This document shows, in pieces, positions 13,817 through 28,128 of a DNA stretch of 64,000 nt. The first letter of the stretch is position 1. Each line of letters opens with the position of its first letter. The translations under genes and the position numbers were made by a program. The stretch is from assembly GCA_951406725.2 (NCBI GenBank), contig OX597816.1, positions 83,762,001 through 83,826,000 of the forward strand. Direction: 5' to 3'. The notes beneath the pieces were generated by a model, which was not told the DNA's origin, made no database searches, and was given only the letters and a program-made list of their open reading frames with translations. This stretch comes from Octopus vulgaris (Eukaryota).

Positions 13817-13916
13817 AGACCTGAAGATTGGGAGTATGTCGACCCGAGTAAGTATTGAAAATAGATAGCTCGTATCTAATCAATACAGACGTACTTTCAT
13901 GAAACACGTGTAGTCT
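13817..13916 (+). ncRNA. Type I hammerhead ribozyme motif (minimal palindromic helix III, extended helix II)
   Basis: Helix I AGAC (13817-20)/GTCT (13913-16). Core CTGAAGA (13821-27). Helix II TGGGAGTATGTC (13829-40)/GACGTACTTTCA (13888-99), extended by GTATTGA/TCAATAC and TAGATA/TATCTA. GAAA at 13901-04, helix III AC-ACGT-GT, and cleavage triplet GUA ending at 13912. Confidence 0.75.
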
Positions 13917-14044
13917 TATAAACGGAAAATACAGGATTGTGAATAGATAGAGTTAGTATAAGTTTTAATTTTTAACATTTTATGGAGTGGTCGGGTATAA
14001 AATCTTTCAATGTTGATTGAGTTCAAGGTGGTTCTGTCTCTAAA

Positions 14045-14104
<60 letters not shown>

Positions 14105-14107
<3 letters not shown>

Positions 14108-14290
14108 CAGTCGAATAAGCGAACATTAAAATCAACAATAACAAAACAACTAGTAGTGAACGTGGAATGTATTAGACGCTCGGTATAAATGATAAAAAAG
14201 AAAGTCGTTTTGACTTTCCGAGCACAGCTCTTCGTCAGAAAGGAAAACGGAAAAGTTCAGAGAAGAAAAATCATGATCAACAGCACGTGT
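14105..14290 (-). mobile_element. Penelope-like pseudo-LTR remnant with a degenerate hammerhead core
   Basis: The minus strand reads CTGACGA A GAGC TGT GCTC G GAAA GTC AAAAC GAC TT (14238-14201), followed by CCGAGCGTCTAATACA, similar to the repeat at 1-100. Confidence 0.45.
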
Positions 14291-16185
14291 GTCGTTACAT
14301 ACATATGCACATGTATATATGTGTGTGTATATTACATAAACACACACGCACATACATGTATATATAAATATATATATATATACTTATATATACACATACA
14401 TACAAACATACGAAAGAAAGGATCACTCAGCGCATTTGGTTAGAGTAAATGTATTTAAAACAGTTTGTGTCAATGTGCATGTGTATAGGTGTATGTTTAT
14501 GTATGTGTACGTGGATAAACCTACCTATATAGAATCATACGTATAGACATATAAAGTAAGTATACATGTATATATACTAGGTATATGAAAGTACATATAA
14601 CGTTATGTAGGATCGAAAGTTTCCCTAGAATATCAGAAGTGAAAGAAGAACGCCCTATATAGACAACAGAGCTGAATGTCATCATTAATATAATCTACAG
14701 GTACATTTGGGCCTACATTGGAATTTGAAATCCATAGTTGTAAACAATTATATAATGCGTACGTTTCTTATGGATCTCTCGTCAGTCCCAAGTAAGAAAG
14801 TGATATCCCTTGATGAATTATATCCCTTTGAATCACATGATTTTCTAGTTAACATCGCCATCTTATTTTGGACTGATGAGACTTCCTCGAAAAATGTAGG
14901 CATTAAATAACTGTCAACAATTATGGATTTCTAAACTAAGGTAACGCTAATTGTGCTGGTAGGCTATATTAATAATAATATATCGTGGTATATATATGAG
15001 TAAAAAAAACATCACGATTATACCTAATCCGGCCTCATATGTGAAGATACGATCATGCACACGCACTCACTCATGCACATGTTATATATGAAGACTTTAT
15101 GTATGCATATACGTATGTCAGTATGTGTATATCTAAGCATATATGCATGCAGGCATATATAAGTTTTTTGCATGTGTAGTCTGTTGCTACAAATCATTGA
15201 TTAATATTTACATCGAATCCAGTAGTATTTTATACAAAATTTACAACTAAGGAGCAAATCGTTTTTGGTCCCAAATCTACTCAGTTTTGGTCCACTACCA
15301 ATATTTTATCTGTCTCTAGCCTTCATAAGATGGCTTGCAGTTATTCGTCTTTATTCAGGCTCTATACACATGAAGTGAAATTCTAATAAAGCAGTTCAGA
15401 TTATTCAGTTATGCTAACTAATATATATTACACTCTATTACGTTTTCCTATTTAAAAAAAAAATCGTGTCAGATAACCAGTTGTAACAAAATATTGAAGT
15501 AACAAAATATTGATTTAGTTAATTGGAAATGACCAAAAGATGTTGAAACACACACACACATGCACGCACAGACGCACACACACACACACACGCTCACACA
15601 CACATACAAATACACATTGGGGTACACAACAGACACACATTTAAGCAGACGTTTGTAAAATTACACGCACAAACATTATATATATATAAATTATATATCT
15701 ATGAACCAATATATATAAAAATACATATATACATACGAATATATACGTATACACACATACATATATATCTAGACTAATATACATATATATCTAAACTAAT
15801 ATACATACATATAAATATACATATACACATAGATATTTATACACCTTCATATACATATGTACACATACCTAATTGATATAAATACCCACAAACATATACA
15901 CAAACATACATATTAGTACACTTTCGCGTACTCACACTCACTCACGCACACATACATACATTATACGAACATACATACACACACAGACATTATTGTGTGT
16001 AGAACTAGAGAGATATTTGCATGTAGCTATCGATGTAGATATATAAATCTCCATATTCTTATTTAAGGCTTTTAAGGTAATTTTAAGGAGTAACAACAGT
16101 ACATTTCTCAATGGAGGGAAACAATGCTAAAAATAGAATAAAATTTATCATAAATTTAGCTTCGATTTAAATCCAGTCAAAGTTT

Positions 16186-16227
<42 letters not shown>

Positions 16228-16515
16228 GTATCGATATATATATATAACGACGCGCATTGGCCTCTATATAGATTACGCTTTGCTATTTTGCAATATTTTA
16301 CTAGCTACCAGAATACACGAGCAATTTAAAGCCCTAATTATTTATCTACAAATGGTATGGCGTATCTATATGAATTTTTTTCTTTATTAAGTGTAAATTC
16401 TCTTCCTCCCCCAAGCCTTCCCCGCCACACCAATATAAACGAGCAGAAATATTTATTCCACTGTATCTTTATATATCTGTGCCTCACTCTTTCTCTCTCA
16501 CATTGTATATATGCT

Positions 16516-16562
<47 letters not shown>

Positions 16563-17308
16563 GAATACACACATATAGAAAGATATAAAGAGGAAGAAAC
16601 CGGTAGGAAGAATGGGACATATATATATACATACACACACACACACATACACACATATATATACATATATACATACATACAGATATATGTATAGTACATA
16701 TAATACATATAATGTGTGTGTGCGTACGCACGCGTGTGTGTGTGTGCGTGTGTGTATTTATGAGTAATTTTCTATTAGAACTCAGCTACTAGAGACTTTC
16801 TAATGATTGACGAAAGAGCTATTCATACGATTTAGACAAGTAATTAGCTATCCCCAAATTACCTCATATATATACATTCGTAATTACTGCTGTGAAATGA
16901 ATTATAAAATATTTATTGACTATATATATTCTTGCTTACATTATAAATAGAACCTTGAGTGTTTCATTAACGTATGTCACAGTTTGTTGCTATTTAGCTA
17001 TAGGCTTTATTAGATATGTTTTGTAATATATAAGCTAGTTGTGTCTGTGTACGTATATGGCTGCATATATTTGTTTTACTTTATATCAAGCCACGTAAAT
17101 ATCGATCCAAATCTACGTACGCGTACCCACACGAACATATATGTATATCTATGTGCATATATATATATATAAAGATATACCTTCATAAGTATGCATGCAC
17201 ATATATTCTTTAACATACACGCTTCTGTAAACGCATGCATACACACACACATATACATGCATACATATATATACATGTATATATGTATATATATGTATAT
17301 ATACATAT

Positions 17309-17359
<51 letters not shown>

Positions 17360-17465
17360 ATATGTGTGTATGTGTGTGTATGATGGCATAAATGTATAAT
17401 GATCTATGTTTCTGCCTATCTCTTTAACTGTCAATCAAACCCTTCTGTCTATCTCTATCTCTTTC

Positions 17466-17528
<63 letters not shown>

Positions 17529-17883
17529 GTATGTATGTTTGTATGTATGTAAGTATTTATGTTTATTTGCATTCATACGGATATACACCCGCGCACACAT
17601 GTGTCTATGTGTGTGTCGGCGTGCGCGCATTTATGAGTGCGTGTTTATCTTTTTGTCTGTGTTTGCGTGTTCATGGGGGATGATGTATGAAATCATCATA
17701 TATACTGAAACAGTAATTATTAATGCCTGTGCTATCAGTTTATTTCTATGAGTGTGTGTGTAAATATACGTATGTGTGTACCTGAGTGTGTGGTACCTCA
17801 GCCTGTTTGAACGAATGTGAATTTACTTTCCATCCAATTATTCAAACATTAATCTTTTCTCTAAGTATTATTATGCCTTTAGA

Positions 17884-18102
17884 AGGCAGCGAGCTGGCAG
17901 AATCGTTAGAACCTTGGACGAGATGTCTAACGGTATTTCGCCTGTCGCTACATTCTGAGTTCAAATTCTGCCGTGGTCGACCCCACCACTTTTATCCTTT
18001 CGAGGTCGATAAATTATGTACCAGTGAAACATTGGGTCAATGTAATTAACTAGTCCCCTCTCCCAAAATTTCAGGCTTTGTGCCCACAGCAGAAATGATT
18101 AT
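17884..18102 (+). mobile_element. SINE family B, near full length
   Basis: AGGCAGCGAGCTGGCAGAATCGTTAG...GAGTTCAAATTC (B box)...GGTCGATAAATTATGTACCAG...CAGGCTTTGTGCC aligns with 58138-58352. Confidence 0.8.
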
Positions 18103-18628
18103 TAAGCCTTTACTGTCTGTATATATATATTTACACATACATATAAGTGTAAACACACACACACACATATATATATATATGAATGCATCTATATAAACAT
18201 ACGCGTCTATCTTTCCTGCTATCTCACTTCACAACATACCTCTGCTTGTCCATGCACCTACCTACCTATACACACACACACACATATATATATTTAAATG
18301 AATATGATTAATTCTCAGCTCTACATAAAATTTGGTGGGTGTAGAAGGCGTCCACATTAGCAGATGTTTTCGGAGTCTGACTCTAAACATCTGATGATGA
18401 GACCTATTCAGCGCCCACGAAACATCAAGAAATGTGGAGCTGGAAAAAGTTGTTAAGAAATACATTTAATTACTTCAAAATGTTCGGCGCTACTGTCTTT
18501 CGTTTGTTTACCAACTCATATATCTTTTTCTCTCTTTGTCTCTCTATATGTAGCCACACACACACACACGCGCGCGCGTACAAACACACAGGTTATCTAT
18601 CTATCTCCTTTCTCTATATATATGTGTT

Positions 18629-18672
<44 letters not shown>

Positions 18673-18712
18673 AGTGTGAGTGTATATACATATGTAAAGA
18701 TACATGCATGCA

Positions 18713-18760
<48 letters not shown>

Positions 18761-19254
18761 TTTTCATACTGTTTTGCAAGAATTTTGATACGAAATCGTC
18801 TGTTAAAACCAATATTGTTATATTTACAATTGTATTGAGGTATCATTAATATAATCTATAAACACACCGAAAGGTGAGCATTTAAATGAGAAAATTTATA
18901 CCCATTGAGAAAGTTGCAGATTGGTGCGCCAAAAAATATTTTTGTGAGTGCTCTGAGAGAAATGAGCAGGATACAAAGACCCAAAAATGTGTTCAAGCAT
19001 ACCTCTCTCTCTCTTTCTCTCTCTCTCTATTTATACACACACACATATATATATATATGTATATATACATATATGTATATATATACATATATTTATACAC
19101 ATACAATGGAGAAATTATACAAAATCTATAAGTAGATGATGAGTAAAGCACCGACACAATTTCGATTACTTGTTGTTACAGCGGTACGTAAAACCGAATC
19201 AGAAAATCTCTGTCTCTCTGTCTCTGTCTCTGTCTCTGTCTCTCTCTGTCTCTC

Positions 19255-19351
<97 letters not shown>

Positions 19352-19353
<2 letters not shown>

Positions 19354-19690
19354 GAGACCCCCTTCGGTCACGACACAGACCATGAGATTGCACCTAGAAA
19401 GTTACCCTCCCAGGTATAAATCCGGGCAAGGTTGTTTATGGAAGACCAGCAGTCGCCCATGCATACCGGCCTCCCCTCTCCACGCCACCAGTGTTATCCA
19501 AGGGAAAGGCAACGGCCGATACAGCTTGGCACATGTGACGTCGCAACCGATTTCTACAGCTGAGTGAACAGGAGCAACGTGAAATAAAGTGTCTTGCTCA
19601 AGAACACAATACGCAGCCCGGTCCGGGATCCGAACTAACAACCTCACGATCGTAAGCTCGACGCTCTAACCACTGAGCCATGCGCCTTCA
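19352..19690 (-). mobile_element. tRNA-headed SINE, family C (tail type 2)
   Basis: The minus strand reads GAAGGCGCATGGCTCAGTGGTTAGAGCG (A box), AGTTCGGATCCC (B box), TGTGTTCTTGAGCAAGACACTTTATTTCACGTTGCTCC. It sits between (TA)n and (CA)n tracts. Confidence 0.85.
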
Positions 19691-19701
19691 CACACACACA
19701 C

Positions 19702-19733
<32 letters not shown>

Positions 19734-20083
19734 TTAGTTGAGGTGTGTTCTGTTAAGAACGATTAAGTGTACAAATAGAGCTAGTTCACCCTTAGAATTC
19801 CCAAATAGCCGTTAGTATTCTTATGGTATGCTACCAATTCTAGTCTTAGGTATTCCTCTTGTGTGAAAATAAGAAGCCATGGATGTTGTAGCTTGGAAAT
19901 CTAGATTTACTTCCAGAGACAGCAGTTGAGTATCGCCTGACATACAAGTAAGTCGTTGCATAATTTAATTTTAACTTAACTTTAAATCTTGTATATACGA
20001 GGATCTGTATGTATCGAAACATTTGTAGTGATTAAAAAGCTGCCTAACCGTACTTACTCTTTCTTTTGATTCTTTTACTTTTT

Positions 20084-20133
<50 letters not shown>

Positions 20134-20850
20134 ACACACACATGAAATGCTTATGTGTGCACACAAACGTATATAATAATCACATTCACACACAGATTTC
20201 TATAAGTCTTCGCCATTTTCTCTGAGTGTATGTATGATCTATGTTCTTACTTATCTTTATATCCTTTTGTACTTGTTTAAAATTATATCCTTTTGTACTT
20301 TTGTTCGTCTAAGTCCCGCCTCGCATATGTGCGCGCACAATTCACTGTTTGTGTATTTGCCTGTGTATATGTGCCTACGTATGCATGTGGTATTGTCTAC
20401 GTGATTGTGCGTGTGGTTTATTTACGTCTGTGCATTACCTAGCATTACATATCGATGCAATTTTTGTGCGATAGACACCTGGCCACTAAATTATATTTTC
20501 AGAAATCATCAAAATATACAATAATGTCTCGATATACGAGTTAAAATGCAAGGAGAAGATGAAACATGTAAATTATCCCATGGGTGAATTGAAGAGAAAA
20601 GGAGGTGCAGGAAAATGTACGGCTTGAAGCAATAACACTAAGAATTGATGAACAAATACAAATACAGACTCCGTCATTTTTGACAGGTACTACACTACTT
20701 CAATGAAAGACACATATATACACATACATATTCACATTGAGAGACAGCTTGAAAGAACTTTGGCAAGTGATACTCTTGTGAATCGTGACTTTGTTTTGAC
20801 TCAACCTTCATATTTATTTCTTTAAGTTTTCTTACAAAGCTTGGGCATAT

Positions 20851-21312
<462 letters not shown>

Positions 21313-21442
21313 TTAGATTTACATAGCCGTCATTTTTTAGTATGCACAAACTTGTTTATATATATATATATATCAATGCGTATGTACGTGTGTGTGTATA
21401 CTTTCATCCATATGTACGTATAATTATATATATAACTATATG

Positions 21443-21485
<43 letters not shown>

Positions 21486-21859
21486 CTGTGTTTACACGTG
21501 TGTGCCTTGGTGATTATGTGTGCGCGCGCGTGTATGTTTATTTATGCTTTCACTATATATTTAATTTCTATTTAATCACATTTTACAGTATCATTTTGAA
21601 CAATGAGACTAAGAAAATAAGGAGCCATGTAAGAGGCGTCAGCGGTAACGCAGAAAAAAGGTTGAAAAGCTTTTTATTGGAATATGCACCCAAATGGCAC
21701 TTATCAACACATATATATAACAAATATTTGATATCATCACCGCATTGACACGTTTCTTTCACCCCTTTTCCTTTTCTATTCCTATTAATATCGTTGTTGT
21801 TCTTAATCCTGTTGTTATTATTAGTATTATTGCTGTCGTTGATGTCGTCGTCATTATTA

Positions 21860-22410
<551 letters not shown>

Positions 22411-22548
22411 GTTTTTCTTTCAATTTTGTTTCCATTTCTTGCCGATTCTGTTATTGTTATTGCTGTTGTTGTTGTTGTTGAATTTGTCGTTGCCGTTGCT
22501 ACTGCAATTGTTGCTGTAGCTCGCATTACTTTTATAATCGTCGTTGTT

Positions 22549-22579
<31 letters not shown>

Positions 22580-23342
22580 TCTATTTTATTTTCCTATTTA
22601 TATTCTTGCCTTCGTATGAAAGCTTCCGTCACCGCCATCGCTAAACCCTACGCCATCATCATCATCATCATCATCATCATCGTCGTCGCCGTCGTCGTCG
22701 TCGCCGTCGTCGTCGTCGCCGAATAAGACGCGCAATGTTTTTTTTTTTCCTTTTTCCTGAGAAACATTAAGTTGTGTGATTTGGTGCTGCTTAGGTTGTT
22801 ATAACTAGCATTTCAAACGACCGTGCAAGAGGGAACTTGCTACTCGAGTTCACCACCACCACCACCACCACCACCATCACCACCGCCACTATCACTATCA
22901 TCGTGATCGTCGTCGTCGTCGTTGTTTAGTAGTGCAATATTTTTCTTAGAAAGATAAGATGTGACTTTAACTTGGGGTTTAGTTACTATATATAATCAGC
23001 ATTTCGAACGACTACGGAGAGAACCTTGCAAGTTGATTTCATCGTCAACGTCATCTGCTGCTTCTGTCCTCTCGTTCTCCCGTTCCTCTCTCTCTCTCCT
23101 CTTCGCTCCTTATTTTGTCCTCAGTCCACCATTTTAATTTCTCCTTCTCCTCCGGCTTCACCCCTCTCTTGATTCCTTTCTTCCCTCTACAATTGCGACA
23201 GAAAGCTACGCAATATCAAAAGTTTGATCCGCACCATCGAATTACATAAACAAACACTTAATATGTACAGAACAGGCTGCGCCCATGTTATAAAAAATCA
23301 TTATCATCATCATCATCATCATCATCATCATTATTATTGTTA

Positions 23343-23443
<101 letters not shown>

Positions 23444-23756
23444 AGTAGTAGTAGTTGTATAAAACATTATCGTCATCATCATCGTTATTATGATTATTTC
23501 TTATTTACATAGTGGTGACATTATTGATAAGGGCAATGTTTATGGCGGGATTGGTTACGATGCAGATACTTAAATATAATACTTCTCCCTGCCATATTCC
23601 AAAACCTCACCAAAAAAAAAAAAAAGGAAAAAGAAAACAGATCAGGTTTTTGTTGAATACACCCGCGCAAACGACATACTGAGCTTGATGTTGTCAATAA
23701 TAATAATAATAATAACAATAATAATAACAATGATAATAATAATAATTATGATAATA

Positions 23757-23965
23757 GTTTCAAATTCTGTCGCAGGGTAGCAATTTTGGGGGAGGGGATG
23801 AGTCGATTACATCGTCTCCAGTGTTCAACTGGTACTTATTTTATCGACCACGAAATGATGAAAGGTAAAGTCGATCTCGGCGGAATTTGAACTGAGAACG
23901 TAGAGACAGGCGAAATACCGCTAAGTATTTCTTTCACCTAAAGATTCTGCCAGCTCACCGTCTTA
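23757..23965 (-). mobile_element. SINE family B copy embedded in (TAA)n
   Basis: Reverse complement of the family B body (GAGTCGATTACATCG...CTGGTACTTATTTTATCGACC...CGGCGGAATTTGAAC...TTCTGCCAGCTCACCGTCT). Confidence 0.8.
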
Positions 23966-23969
23966 ATAA

Positions 23970-24027
<58 letters not shown>

Positions 24028-24099
24028 TAATAATAATAGTAAACAACCAACAAAACACAACGATTAACAAAGAGATTAAATCAACAATATGCTTCCCCA

Positions 24100-25700
24100 A
24101 TAGGGGGAGTTTCACGGTAAGATGACGAAAGAGACCTCATGCACTTCGGACCTCTTAAAAATTGCCCTCCCTTCCCGGCCATAGGAAGGAGACGGGGCGA
24201 TCTTCACTATGGACTCGGATGATAGCCAGATCCGTACTACATGTGACAATAACTGTTCGACAAAGCTCCACAAGTCAGCAATGTGCGGACACTGTACAAG
24301 AGCACGCACAACGGTTTCATGGCTCCGCGTGCATCTCAGGCAAGCCCGACTGACTGCAAACCCGTGCCTGCAGAGCTTATCTCTAACCGGCAGTGCCCCC
24401 ACCCCAGTAGTACTGGCAGGCCAGGGATTTTTGGAAGTTATCGATAGTTCCCGACCCGAAAGTCCTCCGGGAGAGACCACCAGTTGTTCCTCTCGAGGCC
24501 CAGGACTCGCCGAGTACGTCGTCGATCTTGCCCCCTCCCCAATAATACTCTATAGAATTACAAGCTGGAACTCCCACGGACCGCATTGCCCGACTGGCCG
24601 AGGGCTGTGAGCGCTTGGAGACACTCTTGGTGCGAAGCGCTCTGACTCGGTCTACGCCTGATACAGGACTGTAGCTCCGTCAAGGAGACGAGCTGTTGGA
24701 AAGTGCGTTCAATAAACGGTATCACACCTGCTTACCGTTGAGGTATTGCTGGAGATGTCGTAGCCTCTGCGCATGTCTAAATTGGTTCAGAGCCTATCTC
24801 GCTACCAGCACGTCGGTCGCTATGCCCCTACTGAGTGCCTCTTCTAATTTCCTACTCTAGTCTTCTATATCGTTAGCTCTCTGCGAAATTCTAGAACTTT
24901 TACTCTCATCGCCTGTTTTAGGCCCCCCCCCCACCATCGGTTGTTGACGACTGCACCTGTCAACTTTCGATGGACTAACTTGCTAAGCCGGTCTCTGAAA
25001 ACTTGACTCACCGGGAAGGACGCGTTCACCTTCCAGTATCCCGGTCCCTGCCTATGGAGCCTATGTAAGTCAACCGCACAGGCCACAAATTTGTAGTCTG
25101 TGTAGTTGACGAATCCAAACTGTGGACATTCTAAGTTATTACTATCTTCTGGCCTACAAAATACCCTGTCTAGATAAGATCTGGTCAACCCGGCATCTAT
25201 TTGCCCATGTCCACACTGCAGTGTTCAAGAAATCCAGTCTGAATCTGTCCGCCAGCTGGAAACGACTGAGTAGGTTTGCAAGGCTTGCACACGCCCCTTT
25301 CCTATCTGCCAGCCCCAACCAATCCAAATGTGCATCCAAAATGGCGTTTCAATCGCCCACTAACACTAATGAGCGAGACGTCCCTAGGAAGGCATCCAGG
25401 CATCTGAAGAACTCCAGGTGCCCAGCTCCAGTTGGTGCGTACACTGCGGCCAGTCTAACAGCACTGTCTTCGTTGTCGTTCACGTCCTGGACCACTGACT
25501 TAAGTTCTGGATCTAGGAAGACAGACCGTATCTCGAGATCCAAGCCTTTTCTGAACAACATTGCCATCCCACCCCACCATCCCCGGTCGACTAAGAGATG
25601 CAAAAGTCTCAAAGTCATCGAAAATGGGAGCTAAGGTCTGTGTGTCCATGATCCTGGTCTTTCTGACGGCCATTACATCCATACTTATGAATTTTTATAT
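24100..25700 (-). mobile_element. Decayed, internally deleted L1/Tx1-clade LINE
   Basis: APE-endonuclease motifs GGMAMLFRK, RLAAVYAPT, LVLVGD, SYLDRVF and GPGYWKVNAS (25618-24865), plus a C-terminal zf-RVT-like segment LPVRDKLCRHG...CLRC..SHETVVRALVQCP..ADLW (24480-24112). Many stops and frameshifts; no RT core seen. Confidence 0.82.
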
Positions 25701-27009
25701 TTTATTTATCTATTTATTTGTGGTGTTGTCAGAGGGTGGAGGACTGTCCCATGTTATTCTCGCATAGTTTACGAGAAAGCTGGGGGAGAAGAAAAGAAGA
25801 AATTGGACAAGTGATCAGATTATTTGGTCTTACCACTGGAGTCTTCTAAAAGTAAGCACGTGCTAAGTTGCCGTGCTTATCTGAGCCATGAGTTAAGTTT
25901 ATCACATGGAACTAATATCGATCAACAAGGTTCGGATTGACAACCGGTAAAGCAACTTGCTGATATTGCCATATAGCAGGATGATATAAAAAACACGTGA
26001 CTTTGAAACAAAAATCTTAAATCAGACGGCTATGCTTACGTCTGGTTTCCTTATTGTGTAACGATTGATGACATGTAATCCATCATTTGGTCTGGTGAGC
26101 ATAGAAAACAGATTGAACAAAATGAACTATACGAACGGTAAAAACAGAATATTCGTTTAGGCATAAGTCAGTATTGGTATTGAGGGGAGAGGTTGGATAT
26201 AACAAAAAAAGAATTCAGTTGTGATTTTGAGTAACGTATGTCATAAACTTTTCCATCGACCAATATCACCCTATTGTCTTTTATTAGAGAATACAGTCCA
26301 AGATACTCTTTGCCAAAAAGTCAATTACATTGTTCTGGATAGAAAGCATTTAATTACAATTCTGTTCTTTAGGGCTAACGTGGGACGAAATAACAACAGC
26401 AACGTCAGAAAGCAAGACTCCTCGTAAAAGAAGAATAATAATTGTGGAAAACGTCATCTTCTAGAGAAGACGAAAATAGAAAAGGAAAAACAGTGAAATG
26501 AATAGCAATATGGGAAACTGAGAATGGACAAGGAGACTTTTGATTTAGAAAAAAAAAACTATTGATATGGGGAAAAGTAAATGTATTGACGATTATTGCA
26601 ATTAAGATATTGTTATAGTTGTTTAACTGATGAGTCCAGATCGAAGTACATTCAAGAGCATATATACCGGTACACACACACACATACACATACACTCGCA
26701 CGTACACACGCACACACAAGCACATTCACACACATATACATGTATATGCGCACACACAAGCACATTCACACACATATACATGTATATGCACACACACAAA
26801 TTACACAAGACTCAGATGCAGAAGGTTGTGTTAGATTGTATAATGTAATCCTACTTACAACTTAAGAGAGAAACTAATTATGACTAGCGTCCTTTAATAA
26901 TAGGTCTTCTAAATTAGGTGTTTACCTTGAGTTAAACAGCAACAGCTTCAACCTAATTTTCTAAATAACTGTAACAGAGATCAATCCTTTAAGTTTTTTT
27001 TTTATATCT

Positions 27010-27207
27010 TTTACATATTTTAGTCATTAGACAGCAGCCATGCTGGTGCACCACCTCGAAGAGTTTTTGATCGAATGAATCGTCCCCTCCCCCGTAACTG
27101 TACTTATTCTATCAGTCTCATTTGCTGAACCGCTAAGTAACAGCAACATAACCACATCAGTATCTGCGGTGGTGGGGAATAAACGCAGGCACAAAGACAC
27201 GCGCAAA

Positions 27208-27248
<41 letters not shown>

Positions 27249-27395
27249 ATATATGTTTCAATTTCCGTTTACCAAATGCGCTCACAAGGCTTTGGTCAGT
27301 CTGAAAGTATAACAGAAAACATATGTGCAAGATACCATGCAGTGGGACTGAACACGGAACGTGTGGTTGGGAAGCAAGCTTCTTATCACCCAAAC
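27010..27395 (-). mobile_element. SINE family A copy
   Basis: Reverse complement of 62580-62995, including the internal (CA)n and the head CAGTGGGACTGAAC...TGTGGTTGGGAAGCAAGCTTCTTA. Confidence 0.8.
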
Positions 27396-27825
27396 AACAT
27401 ATAAAATCCTAGGTTTATATTTTAAATGTCTATTAATTTGTTTATATTGAAATGGACACTCTAAGGGTAAATGAGCTTAATCTATCGCTTAACAGATATA
27501 CGAGTATTAGACGCCGAACATTTTAGAAATAGATCGGACGATTATTCACTTACAGACGTATGACGCACGCGCGCATGCGCATGCATGATTGGTCACAATC
27601 ATACGCTTGCGTACCCTTGGGTGTGCACGCGTTCGGTTATTGTGTTTTCTGCTCACACCCATTTTTTCTGTATAAAGGATAGTTCGGTCAATATTCTTTT
27701 ACATATTGTTACATCACAGTGCAAAGACCAGCCAGAAAAGAAAGGCGAGGGAAGCATAAACAAGAAATGGAGGTCAAAAGTGTAACACTCAGATAGAGTA
27801 AGAGAGATAGATACATATTTAGAGG

Positions 27826-27835
27826 AGAGAGAGTG

Positions 27836-27905
<70 letters not shown>

Positions 27906-28128
27906 TGATAGTGACAGAAAAGTGAGATATGAATAGACATAGATTGTGAGTGCATGTATGTGAGTGCGCGTAGGTGGGAACAAAGAAAGAGAGAGGGGGA
28001 AGATAGAGGGAGAAAGAGGGAGAGAAAGAGGAAGCGAGGGAAAGAGGGAGAGAGAGAGAGAGAAAGAGAAAGAGAGAGACAAAGAGGGAGAAAGAGGGAG
28101 AGAGAGAAAGAGAGAGTGAGAGAGAGAA
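27826..28128. repeat. Polypurine (GA)n-rich tract
   Basis: Directly visible. Confidence 0.9.

Larger units (their letters stand above)
13502..14048. repeat. Long inverted repeat/foldback (246-bp arms, 55-bp spacer); probable inverted Penelope-like pseudo-LTR pair
   Basis: 13502-13747 is the reverse complement of 13803-14048, with 15 mismatches and no indels by manual alignment. The right arm is followed by (TA)n. Confidence 0.92.

Noticed and set aside
13502-14048. Foldback as a miRNA precursor or protein-coding duplication
   Set aside because: The stem is far longer than a pre-miRNA, I recognised no known mature miRNA, and the frames I checked close quickly.
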